DNA of 64,000 nt from Promethearchaeota archaeon (lineage in GTDB: Archaea > Asgardarchaeota > Lokiarchaeia > Sigyniarchaeales > SOKP01): assembly GCA_019058445.1 (NCBI GenBank), contig JAHPZA010000009.1, positions 96,001 through 160,000 of the forward strand, written 5' to 3'. The position numbers were made by a program, and so were the translations under genes. Below, piece after piece: positions 51,695 through 60,341 of the stretch. The notes beneath the pieces are model-generated. The model did no database searches. It was not told the origin of the DNA and saw only the letters and a program-made list of their open reading frames with translations. Every line of letters starts with the position of its first letter. Within the stretch, counting starts at the first letter, position 1.

Positions 51695-53038
51695 TTAGAA
51701 ATCATGCCCGCATTTTAGGCATTTCTTCTCATCTACATTTACTTGATTACCACAAAGGGGACAAATCTTTATTCTATACTTTTCTTTTGCTATTTGTTTT
51801 TTTGTTGGTTTCCAAAATTTAGGTTTCTCCTTCTTTTCTTCTATTTCTTCTTGCAGAGAAATCGAGGTTTTGGCAATTCTTTCGTATACTAACTTATCTC
51901 CGACTTTTTTTACAGTAAAAGTTTTCCCGAAATATCCCCCAACTCTTATATGCTTAGTTTCATTCTTAGAAAGTCCTTTTATATTTGAATCTTCAGGTCT
52001 TATCCCTTCTAATGGTTTTTTGGGCTCTTCTAAGTCGATAACTTCAACAATTTTAGGGGACATTTCTAGCTCTGAAATTTCTTCTTCAAGATATGCTTTA
52101 ACTGATGTTACTTCTGGATCCTCTATTGATACCTCAGGAGCAACCTCAAGTATCTCATCCTCATCTATTTTAAGAAGGATATCGCATTTTGGACATCTAA
52201 AAATATGCGGAATGCCTATGTGCTGAGTAGTAACATAATTGATAACACAGCAATTATGAAAAGCGGCTCCACATTCTTCACATAAATGTGGAACATCATA
52301 AACATCAGTACAGACTGGACATATTGTTTCTTCACAGAAATAACATTTTAAATCTTCCCAAGATTGTGGGGCCTTTAAAGGCTTTGCCAAGTTACTATAA
52401 AACGCATAATCATCACTACTAATTTTTAACTCGTCTGGTTTATCTGTAAACGTAGATACAAGTTGCTTGTTTTTTACTAATTTTCCAATTATATCTTGAA
52501 ATTGTTTTTTATTTTGGGTATAGAACATTCCCCCTTTCGTGTCGCTTGCTAATATATTCAATTTTACATCGTCTTTAAAAAATCTCTGTCCAGGTTCAGC
52601 AACTCGAATAATATCTATAAAAGTGGGAAATATTTTAATTTTTGAAACTAGGTCCATTAGTGCTTCTTTGTAATCTTCGGCAAGATCACTGGGAGTATCA
52701 GTTATTATAATGATTCTGTTGAATTTTGATTTTTTCCTTATGGTTTCTGCTATATAAGAACATATATAAAACAATCCCGATTCCAATAAACTCTTCTTTA
52801 AACGATTTTGCCAATTTTCTTCAATTGCTTTTAAAATTATTTCTGAATCCTTTTTATCTTTTATAAATATCGGATGTTCCTCATCTTCTTGAAATATTAG
52901 AATACCATAATGTCCCTTAATATTAATTTTATTTTTCTCTTGAATATATTGTTTCAAAAATTTGATAATATCTTTTTTTTTAAGCAAATCTTTTGTCAGA
53001 TCTAAATAAAAAAACACATCCTCGTAAATAGTTCCCAT
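51695..53038 (-). CDS. vWA-like domain + CxxC/C4HC3 finger + C-terminal Zn ribbon (paralogue B)
   Basis: FFYLDLT, IIITDTPS and DTKGGMF; CYFC-x4-CPVC-x9-CEEC-x4-HNCC-x17-CPKC; RVGGYFG shared with paralogue A; CPLC..CLKC. Confidence 0.75.
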   Translation of the reverse strand: MGTIYEDVFFYLDLTKDLLKKKDIIKFLKQYIQEKNKINIKGHYGILIFQEDEEHPIFIKDKKDSEIILKAIEENWQNRLKKSLLESGLFYICSYIAETIRKKSKFNRIIIITDTPSDLAEDYKEALMDLVSKIKIFPTFIDIIRVAEPGQRFFKDDVKLNILASDTKGGMFYTQNKKQFQDIIGKLVKNKQLVSTFTDKPDELKISSDDYAFYSNLAKPLKAPQSWEDLKCYFCEETICPVCTDVYDVPHLCEECGAAFHNCCVINYVTTQHIGIPHIFRCPKCDILLKIDEDEILEVAPEVSIEDPEVTSVKAYLEEEISELEMSPKIVEVIDLEEPKKPLEGIRPEDSNIKGLSKNETKHIRVGGYFGKTFTVKKVGDKLVYERIAKTSISLQEEIEEKKEKPKFWKPTKKQIAKEKYRIKICPLCGNQVNVDEKKCLKCGHDF

Positions 53039-53162
53039 ATAATAGATACCTCGGTATGTTTTTTTTATTCTACAAAAATTAAAAAAATAATTAATATATA
53101 TAAGAATAATAAATAAAAAGAACTTATAGTATTCTTGAAGAAATCAAATAAAGTGAAATTAA

Positions 53163-55145
53163 ATGGATGAATTTTTAAAACAATTGCAACTAAGCGAAGA
53201 TGCAATCAAAGTTTATAAAGAAAGTTTAGGAAGACCTCCTTTAACTTACTATGAATTATATTCGAGTTTCGTACCTAATGTATCAACAGAGGATTTTGCA
53301 AGTATTATAAACGAATTAACTGAAATAGACTTGTTAATCCAAATCGTTCCCCAAAAACCGGAAGTTCTTTTACATTATATTGCAATTCCACCCTTTACTC
53401 CAATTTTAAACTATTATAAAAATATTCATACGAATTTAGTTAACATACAAGATGCGGTTACAGGACTATTATCGAATTCTTTAAGTCAAATTTTTCATGA
53501 AAAGGAAAATATCGAATTAGAAGCACTGTTCAATAATTTTAGTGATATTAAGAAAGATGTTATGGAAGATTCTCTACTTCAAAAGCAAGATGCCAAAGAC
53601 ATTTTTGAAGATTTTGAAGATATCAAATCCAATCTAAAAAAATCTTTATCTAATTTTAGACTAACGAAGTCTAAACTCCAAGAAAAAATTACAGATCATA
53701 CTCAAACACAATTTTCAGAGTTGATACATAATTTAACTAGGATAAAGTCTGTCTTAATTACTAATATAAAATCATTAGAACTTAAGAAAAAAGAAGAAGG
53801 AGTATTAGAGGTTATTGAAAATGTGTTTAAAGATGAAATTCAGAGATTTTTAAAGGAATTTATCTCAACAACTGATAAATTAATTAAAAAAGAATTTCAA
53901 GATTTTGAAGAATCAATAAATAATAAGGTAACTGAACCCATTACTAATTTACTAGAAAGTGCTATTCAATCTGGAAATGACCTAAATTTGCTATTCTTAA
54001 CTGCTCTTAGCAACATTGAAAAATCTATGAACCAAATTCAAAAAATTATAAAAGAAGATCAAGAAAATCTCTCAAGGGATTTAAAAAAGCTTGAAAATTC
54101 AATCCTAGAAAATACGAATGAGATTGTAAAAGATTCAATGAATCAAGTTTCAGGATTAAGTGCGCCTATAGAAAATATCATGAGACTATTTCTTGAAAAA
54201 AACCTTCTCTCATATAAGAGAGGAATAGATAATGTATGGTTAATTAATACCCATGTAAAAATCAATGAAGAAATTGTTAACTTACTTTCTAATTCTAAAG
54301 AAAATCTCATAATTATTGTTCCTAAGATTGAAAATTATCTAAATTTAGACCAACTTCAAAATATCCCTAAAGACTTGAAAGTAAAGATTGTGTCCTCTGA
54401 TCCCCATACGAACAGTGTTGTGAAGAGTTTCAAGACAATGAGTAATTTAGAATATAGGACTCTGAAAAATGAGAATATTGTTGCATTAAGTGGAGATGAC
54501 AATCATATTAATATTAGTGTGCTTAATACAGAGTCGAAAGATGTTTTAAATAATATTGTAGGTATTGGAAGTAATTATAAACCGTTAATTAGTGTATTAT
54601 CCAGAATAATTAATGCAATTTGGATTGCTGCTGAACCTGACTATAGCCGACCTATTAAAGAGGTAAAGCCAATTCCTAGTCCAGTAAAAAAACAATTGCC
54701 CCCCGAGACGATTCCCTCCTCAACACCAGTGAAAGAACAAATAAAAACAGAAATTCAACAAGTGACAGCAATTAAAGAACCGCATATGAGTGTAACAGAA
54801 AATAGAACCGTTAGCCAGGAAAAAGTTGAACCTGCTATCCAACCTCAGACAAGTAGTGATTTTACATCAAAAATTAACCCTAATGCAGGCGATCAAGCAG
54901 GAATGATAATAAATACAGCATTTAATATGCTAATTTCAAAATTAAATGTAATAACGGGTGAAGCATTTAGTAACGAGTTACAAGATATCTCAGATATAAT
55001 CTTAGAACGAAAGGGATTCTCAGTAACCCTCCACAGCGTAAGAAGTATGATTAATAAATATAAAGAACTCGAAACTCTGTTAAATGAAAAAGAAAAAATG
55101 GAAATTTTCGAAGCAATTGAGGATTGGAAACAGAGATTATTTTAA
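53163..55145 (+). CDS. TrmB-like protein: N-terminal winged helix, long coiled coil, PLD-fold-like effector domain, Pro-rich linker, C-terminal helical domain
   Basis: L.LSEDAIKVY...L..I.LL...Y.AIPP TrmB-HTH pattern; ~270-aa heptad region; VWLI...LIIIVP...W TrmB-type domain. Confidence 0.6.
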   Translation: MDEFLKQLQLSEDAIKVYKESLGRPPLTYYELYSSFVPNVSTEDFASIINELTEIDLLIQIVPQKPEVLLHYIAIPPFTPILNYYKNIHTNLVNIQDAVTGLLSNSLSQIFHEKENIELEALFNNFSDIKKDVMEDSLLQKQDAKDIFEDFEDIKSNLKKSLSNFRLTKSKLQEKITDHTQTQFSELIHNLTRIKSVLITNIKSLELKKKEEGVLEVIENVFKDEIQRFLKEFISTTDKLIKKEFQDFEESINNKVTEPITNLLESAIQSGNDLNLLFLTALSNIEKSMNQIQKIIKEDQENLSRDLKKLENSILENTNEIVKDSMNQVSGLSAPIENIMRLFLEKNLLSYKRGIDNVWLINTHVKINEEIVNLLSNSKENLIIIVPKIENYLNLDQLQNIPKDLKVKIVSSDPHTNSVVKSFKTMSNLEYRTLKNENIVALSGDDNHINISVLNTESKDVLNNIVGIGSNYKPLISVLSRIINAIWIAAEPDYSRPIKEVKPIPSPVKKQLPPETIPSSTPVKEQIKTEIQQVTAIKEPHMSVTENRTVSQEKVEPAIQPQTSSDFTSKINPNAGDQAGMIINTAFNMLISKLNVITGEAFSNELQDISDIILERKGFSVTLHSVRSMINKYKELETLLNEKEKMEIFEAIEDWKQRLF

Positions 55146-55210
55146 GGAAAAAAAGAATAAATTTAGTGTTATAAATTTAATTTACCACTTTTCTTAACAA
55201 ATTTTTAAGA

Positions 55211-55975
55211 TTATTCTTTAATTTTTTCAGATTTATGAAAAAATCCAGATATTATAAAGATCAGCAATAATAAGAAACCACCAAAGAATATTAAACTAAT
55301 AATTATTGAAACTGTAAAATCGGGATTCATTGCTCCAATTATGGCAAAAATAGGGCCAAGAGGAGCAATTATAAGCACGATAATATACACTTTTTTGTCC
55401 TTTTCGCCGAAACTAATATGGGTTGTAATGTTAAACCATCCTATTAAGATCATTAGAAAAGGAACAATATAAAGAGATACTTCGGGAAATGGATGTTCTA
55501 TCCCGCCTAAAGCGAAAGCATAAAAATAGTTGGCGCAATAGAAGCTTATTAATAATAAAGCAGAAAGTGGAGTTGGAACCCCTACATACCCGGGTGTCTC
55601 TTCAGTTGTTATATTAAATCTCGCTAATCTAAGCATTGCGCCTAAAGCAAAACAAATACATCCAATAATGAGAATAATATCATAAAATCCCCCTGTTTTA
55701 AAAGCTTGAAATGCTAAAACCGAAGGGGCAATCCCAAAGGTTAATGAATCGCTTAGAGAATCCATTTCTATCCCAAATTTGTTGACAGTACCCGTTTTAC
55801 GAGCAACATACCCATCCAGTAAATCAGTACCGAGTGAAATTGCTACAAAAAAAAATCCTAAAGATAGAAAGTAGCGTGTACCAATTACAGCACAAATTAG
55901 CGCGAGTATTCCCATGGTCGTTCCAGAAAGTGTAATATAATCTTTTAATTTTAAAAGTTTTGGTATGCTTGTCAT
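55211..55975 (-). CDS. pssA: CDP-alcohol phosphatidyltransferase, archaetidylserine/phosphatidylserine-synthase-like
   Basis: DLLDGYVAR...FG.EMDSLSD..TFG.AP motif, RLARFN and GVPTP. Confidence 0.82.
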   Translation of the reverse strand: MTSIPKLLKLKDYITLSGTTMGILALICAVIGTRYFLSLGFFFVAISLGTDLLDGYVARKTGTVNKFGIEMDSLSDSLTFGIAPSVLAFQAFKTGGFYDIILIIGCICFALGAMLRLARFNITTEETPGYVGVPTPLSALLLISFYCANYFYAFALGGIEHPFPEVSLYIVPFLMILIGWFNITTHISFGEKDKKVYIIVLIIAPLGPIFAIIGAMNPDFTVSIIISLIFFGGFLLLLIFIISGFFHKSEKIKE

Positions 55976-56120
55976 TTTAAAGTCGATATTTTAGATTTTA
56001 TGTATTTATAAAAATAAGCATTTTTCGTATTATAACTTTTTTCGTATTCCTCAAAATTTAAAATCTAATAATATTATCATAAGATTAAAAAAATACTAAA
56101 AAATAATTCATTACAAAAAA

Positions 56121-56825
56121 GTGATATTGTTGAAATATTGTCCAAGTTGTGGAGTCGAATTAGAGGATAAAGAACAAAATTTTTGCGAGAAATGTGGTGC
56201 TAATTTAGACGATTATAAAAAGGAAGGTAAGACAGAATCTCAGGTGGTTTCACAATCTTCAAAAATCACTCAAGTATCAAGTAAATTATTTGATCTCAAT
56301 CGTAATTACTATATTTTGAAGGAAAAGTATTGGGATTGGGGTTCAGGAGAAATCCTTGATAATCAAGGCCAAGTCATTGGAAAAATGCATAGAAAAATAT
56401 TAAGTATTAGGAAAAAAGTTGAGCTTATGGAGTTAGATGGTACTGTTTCAGCTAGCATAAATGCAAAGTTAATATCTGCACGAGCTGCGCAAGATTTAAA
56501 AGATGCGCAGGGGAACTTGATTGCTAGGATAAAAAAAAAGATAATGACATTATTAAAACCAAAATTCTTTTTGGAGGATCCAGAAGGTACACGATTATAT
56601 GAGGCACAGGGTAATTTTATGGGTTTTTCTTTTAAAGTCAAAGATTTAACTTCAAATAAGATTATTGCGGAAATCGAGAAAGCACAAAAATGGCGTGATG
56701 TTTTTCTAGGTGGAGTATTTGATTTTAAAGACACTTATGCTTTAAAAATTCTTGATAATAAAACAGATAGAAGGATTCTTTTAGGGTTCGTGCTAAGTAT
56801 CGATAATGTCCTCCATGATCAATAA
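56121..56825 (+). CDS. Zn-ribbon + LURP-one-related / scramblase (Tubby-C) fold protein
   Basis: CPSC...FCEKCG, then the LOR pattern (ILKEK, ARIKKKI...PKF, AQGNFMGFSF, DTYAL.I, LGFVLSID). Confidence 0.78.
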   Translation: MILLKYCPSCGVELEDKEQNFCEKCGANLDDYKKEGKTESQVVSQSSKITQVSSKLFDLNRNYYILKEKYWDWGSGEILDNQGQVIGKMHRKILSIRKKVELMELDGTVSASINAKLISARAAQDLKDAQGNLIARIKKKIMTLLKPKFFLEDPEGTRLYEAQGNFMGFSFKVKDLTSNKIIAEIEKAQKWRDVFLGGVFDFKDTYALKILDNKTDRRILLGFVLSIDNVLHDQ

Positions 56826-56976
56826 TCTTGAGGATAGCTTGTGATATATTTTTTTTTATTTTAAAAATTTTTCTCTTAAAATCATTCACATTTATCGAAG
56901 AATAAAAGTTTTTAAATAAAATGTGTTTTAATTATTACAAAATTGTATCTTTTATAATCAATCATTTGTAATTTTT

Positions 56977-58167
56977 ATGACTGAAGCTTACGATTATTTC
57001 ATGATTTATGAGTTGGATGATTCCGGCGAGAGAATTCGAATCCCTGCTACTGAAGAAGAATTTAAAGCCAATAATGGTTTGAATTTCTTAAATCCTGACC
57101 AAGTTTTAGTAATTGTTAAGGAATCTATAAGAAGGATATACATTTGGAAAGGGGCTAAATCGCATGTGAGAAAGCGGTTTATAAGCTCGAGAATTGCAGG
57201 GGCACTTCAAGAGGAATTAGTTAAAAATGCTGCGTTCCATAGATGTAAAATCGTGTCTGTTGATCAAGGAGACGAGGTTATAGAGTTTTTAAATGCCTTT
57301 AGATTTGAATCCATGCCTGTAGAGGAAAAACTGGCAGATATGCATTATGTACGAAATATTGATAGAGATAAAATGTATGATCGTGGGGAAATACCCGATA
57401 CAGGCCCTCAGTATGTAAAGATTGAACCAAAATCAGAGCCACATGTCTCACCAGCAATAGAGGAACTTGAAAAAGAAAAACTAGTACCATTACCTAAGGG
57501 TAGTAAAGAAAAAGCTAGAAAGATAGCACCAGTTCCTAAACAACCTATTCAAACTGCACCCGCAAGAACTTCAACGTCCACTCGACCTTCACATACGCGA
57601 GCATCTTCAGCAAACCGACCTTCATCAGGAATATCAGAAGATCAGAAAAATAAAATCATGGACAAAATTATTAAGACTGAAGTTCCAGAGGGTTATAAAA
57701 GGCAAAATCTAATTTTAGGCCATATGCTCTATGGTACTGTTTTAAAAAAAGTGAACGTTTTAGGAAAAACTATTGAAGAAACTGAATGGGAACAAGTAAA
57801 AACCTTACCAAAAGAAACAATTGAACTAGAGGATCGCATTTTAAGAGTTTATTTTGATGCTAAAGGGGAAATAGTGGAAGCCTTAGAGGTATTAGAAAAA
57901 ACTGATGGAAGTATTAAGGTATCTAAGAAATCAAAATCGGATGAAAAAAAATCTACTACTGAGGAGAAACTTGAGAAAGTGGATGCCCCAGAAGAAGATA
58001 TTGATTCGATGACTGTGAAAGAACTTAAAACTTATGCTGATGAGCATAATATAGAATTAGCTTCAGGCGCTCGAAAAGCAGACATTATTAAAACTATAAA
58101 GGATTCATTAAATAACGGAGCTGGAACTTCAAAAAGAAGAAAACTACCTGAAATTCCCAAAGCTTAA
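56977..58167 (+). CDS. Asgard gelsolin-domain protein: gelsolin domain, linker, unknown beta-rich domain, Rho-N/HeH (LEM/SAP-like) domain
   Basis: LNPDQVLVIV...IYIWKGAKS.VRKRF...VDQGDE..EFL is a gelsolin repeat pattern. DSMTVKELKTYADEHNIEL...ARKADII is an HeH/Rho_N pattern. Confidence 0.8.
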   Translation: MTEAYDYFMIYELDDSGERIRIPATEEEFKANNGLNFLNPDQVLVIVKESIRRIYIWKGAKSHVRKRFISSRIAGALQEELVKNAAFHRCKIVSVDQGDEVIEFLNAFRFESMPVEEKLADMHYVRNIDRDKMYDRGEIPDTGPQYVKIEPKSEPHVSPAIEELEKEKLVPLPKGSKEKARKIAPVPKQPIQTAPARTSTSTRPSHTRASSANRPSSGISEDQKNKIMDKIIKTEVPEGYKRQNLILGHMLYGTVLKKVNVLGKTIEETEWEQVKTLPKETIELEDRILRVYFDAKGEIVEALEVLEKTDGSIKVSKKSKSDEKKSTTEEKLEKVDAPEEDIDSMTVKELKTYADEHNIELASGARKADIIKTIKDSLNNGAGTSKRRKLPEIPKA

Positions 58168-58257
58168 TGTATCACTAGTACTTTTTGTTTTCAAATTCGA
58201 ACTTTTATTTTTTGTAATAAAAAGAGAAAAGTGAAAAATAAATAGATTTATTTTTAT

Positions 58258-58746
58258 TTAAAAGCCCTCTTCTTGAGAATCATCTTCAATGCCTCTTTCT
58301 TCAGGCTTACCTTTTTTTTGTTCTTTTTCTTTGGTATGTTCTTTGATTTTTTTCAATCCTTCGATCGCTTCCTTTCTAACTTCGGGATCCTTATCTTGTA
58401 ATGCCTTAGCAAGAGCTTCAAGAGAGTATGAGTGATGAAGATCACCCAGCTCGTCTGCTGCTTCTTTCCGGCAACGAGGATCTGGATCATTAAAGAGAAC
58501 ATAAGTTAATAATCCTAAAGCTTTCTTATCCTTGAAACCGCCAATCGTATCAAGAGCTTCTTTCCTTACATCCGCATCAGTATCACTTACTGCAGTCATC
58601 GCTAATGGTCTTAAGATACTATCGTTTCCAATAGGCTTGATATCCGAAAGATCTACTCCACAGTACTTGCAAAAATTATGGTCAATTTTGATGGTTTTTC
58701 CACATGCTGGACAAACTCTCTGTGTATTAAAATCAATAAATCCCAT
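58258..58746 (-). CDS. Zn-ribbon + HEAT (PBS-lyase-like) repeat protein
   Basis: CPAC..FCKYCG, then three D.D..VR.EA...LG repeats. Confidence 0.82.
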   Translation of the reverse strand: MGFIDFNTQRVCPACGKTIKIDHNFCKYCGVDLSDIKPIGNDSILRPLAMTAVSDTDADVRKEALDTIGGFKDKKALGLLTYVLFNDPDPRCRKEAADELGDLHHSYSLEALAKALQDKDPEVRKEAIEGLKKIKEHTKEKEQKKGKPEERGIEDDSQEEGF

Positions 58747-58897
58747 TTACACCATCTTAATATTTTTTATTTCCTTAAGTTCAATTTTTTATAATATATA
58801 AATAAATAAGTTCTTTTAAAATATTATTAGTCCAATCTTCGATTTTTTTTTTATTAATCCTTAATTATGAATAATAAATTAGATATAATAGAAAAGA

Positions 58898-60250
58898 ATG
58901 AAAAAGCCCAATATTGTTTTTATATTATCTGACCAGCAGAGACATGATACTTGTGGATGTTTCGGTCAAGAATTAAATGTCACCCCTAATCTTGATAAGA
59001 TGGCTGAAGAAGGTGTACTTTTCACTAACGCTTTTACTTGCCAACCTGTATGTGGTCCAGCCAGATCTTGTTTACAAACTGGTAAATATGCCACTGAAAC
59101 AATGTGTTATCGAAATGGGATTGCTCTTCCAATAAGCAATGAAAACATCGCCAATTATTTTTCAAAAAATGGTTATGAAACCGCTTATATTGGTAAATGG
59201 CATTTAGCAAGTACAGTTATGCGTTCCAAGGAGAATATTGGAAAAAAATGTAATTATACTATGAGTCCTATTCCACAAGAACGGAGAGGAGGGTATAAAG
59301 ATTATTGGTTGGCTGCCGATTTGCTTGAATATACATCTCATCCATATGAAGGTCATTTCTTTGATGGAGATATGAAAAAAGTGGATTTCGATGGATATCG
59401 TGTGGACTGTATGACTGATTTTGTTCTCGAGTATTTACACTCTCGAAGTAGAGCAAAACCATTTTTTCTATTCATATCATACCTTGAACCTCACCAGCAG
59501 AATAATGAACAGAGATTTGTAGGGCCAAATGACTCCAGTGAAGTTTTTAAAGATTTTAAAATTCCGGGAGATTTGAAAGGTACAGAAGGAGACTGGCGTG
59601 AATTCTTTCCGGAATTTCTTGGATGTTGTCATAGTATTGATAAAAATCTAAAAAGGATTCAAGATGAGTTAGAAAATTTGGAAATGATGGAGGATACAAT
59701 TTTTTTATATACGAGTGATCATGGGTGCCATTTTAAAACCCGAAATGCAGAATATAAAAGGTCTTGCCATGATTCATCAGTTCATATTCCGCTTATAGTT
59801 AAAGGTCGAGGATTTTTAGGCGGAAAAAAGATTTCAGAGCTTGTGAGTTTGATTGATATCCCGCCAACCTTATTACGCTGTGCAGGAATAACTCCTCCAA
59901 AACACATGAGAGGCCGACCATTACAGGATTTAGTCAATGGCACAGCGAAAAATTGGCCACAAGAAGTATTTATTCAAATAAGTGAAACTCAAGTGGGCAG
60001 GGCTATCCGCACGAAGAAGTGGAAATATTCGGTAAAGGCACCTAAAATAGACGGGTGGTTATATGCTAAAAGCGATACTTATATGGAGGATTTTTTATAT
60101 GACCTTGAGAACGATAAGCATGAAAGAAAGAATCTAGTTGGCGATCTTGATTATATTGACATAAGAGATGAGTTAGCAGAAATATTAAAGAGAAGAATGG
60201 TCGAAGCTGGGGAGAAAATTCCAAAGATTTTTCCAAAAGCTTTCGAATAA
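58898..60250 (+). CDS. Sulfatase-family hydrolase (Cys-type)
   Basis: PNIVFILSDQQR, CGPAR, GKWHL, EPH and TSDHG motifs. Confidence 0.92.
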   Translation: MKKPNIVFILSDQQRHDTCGCFGQELNVTPNLDKMAEEGVLFTNAFTCQPVCGPARSCLQTGKYATETMCYRNGIALPISNENIANYFSKNGYETAYIGKWHLASTVMRSKENIGKKCNYTMSPIPQERRGGYKDYWLAADLLEYTSHPYEGHFFDGDMKKVDFDGYRVDCMTDFVLEYLHSRSRAKPFFLFISYLEPHQQNNEQRFVGPNDSSEVFKDFKIPGDLKGTEGDWREFFPEFLGCCHSIDKNLKRIQDELENLEMMEDTIFLYTSDHGCHFKTRNAEYKRSCHDSSVHIPLIVKGRGFLGGKKISELVSLIDIPPTLLRCAGITPPKHMRGRPLQDLVNGTAKNWPQEVFIQISETQVGRAIRTKKWKYSVKAPKIDGWLYAKSDTYMEDFLYDLENDKHERKNLVGDLDYIDIRDELAEILKRRMVEAGEKIPKIFPKAFE

Positions 60251-60341
60251 CCTCTATCTATATAATAAACACAAATTTATTTTTAGAGAAAAAATTTCAT
60301 TTATCATAATTTTTAAGACTAATCAATTTTATTTAGAAAAA

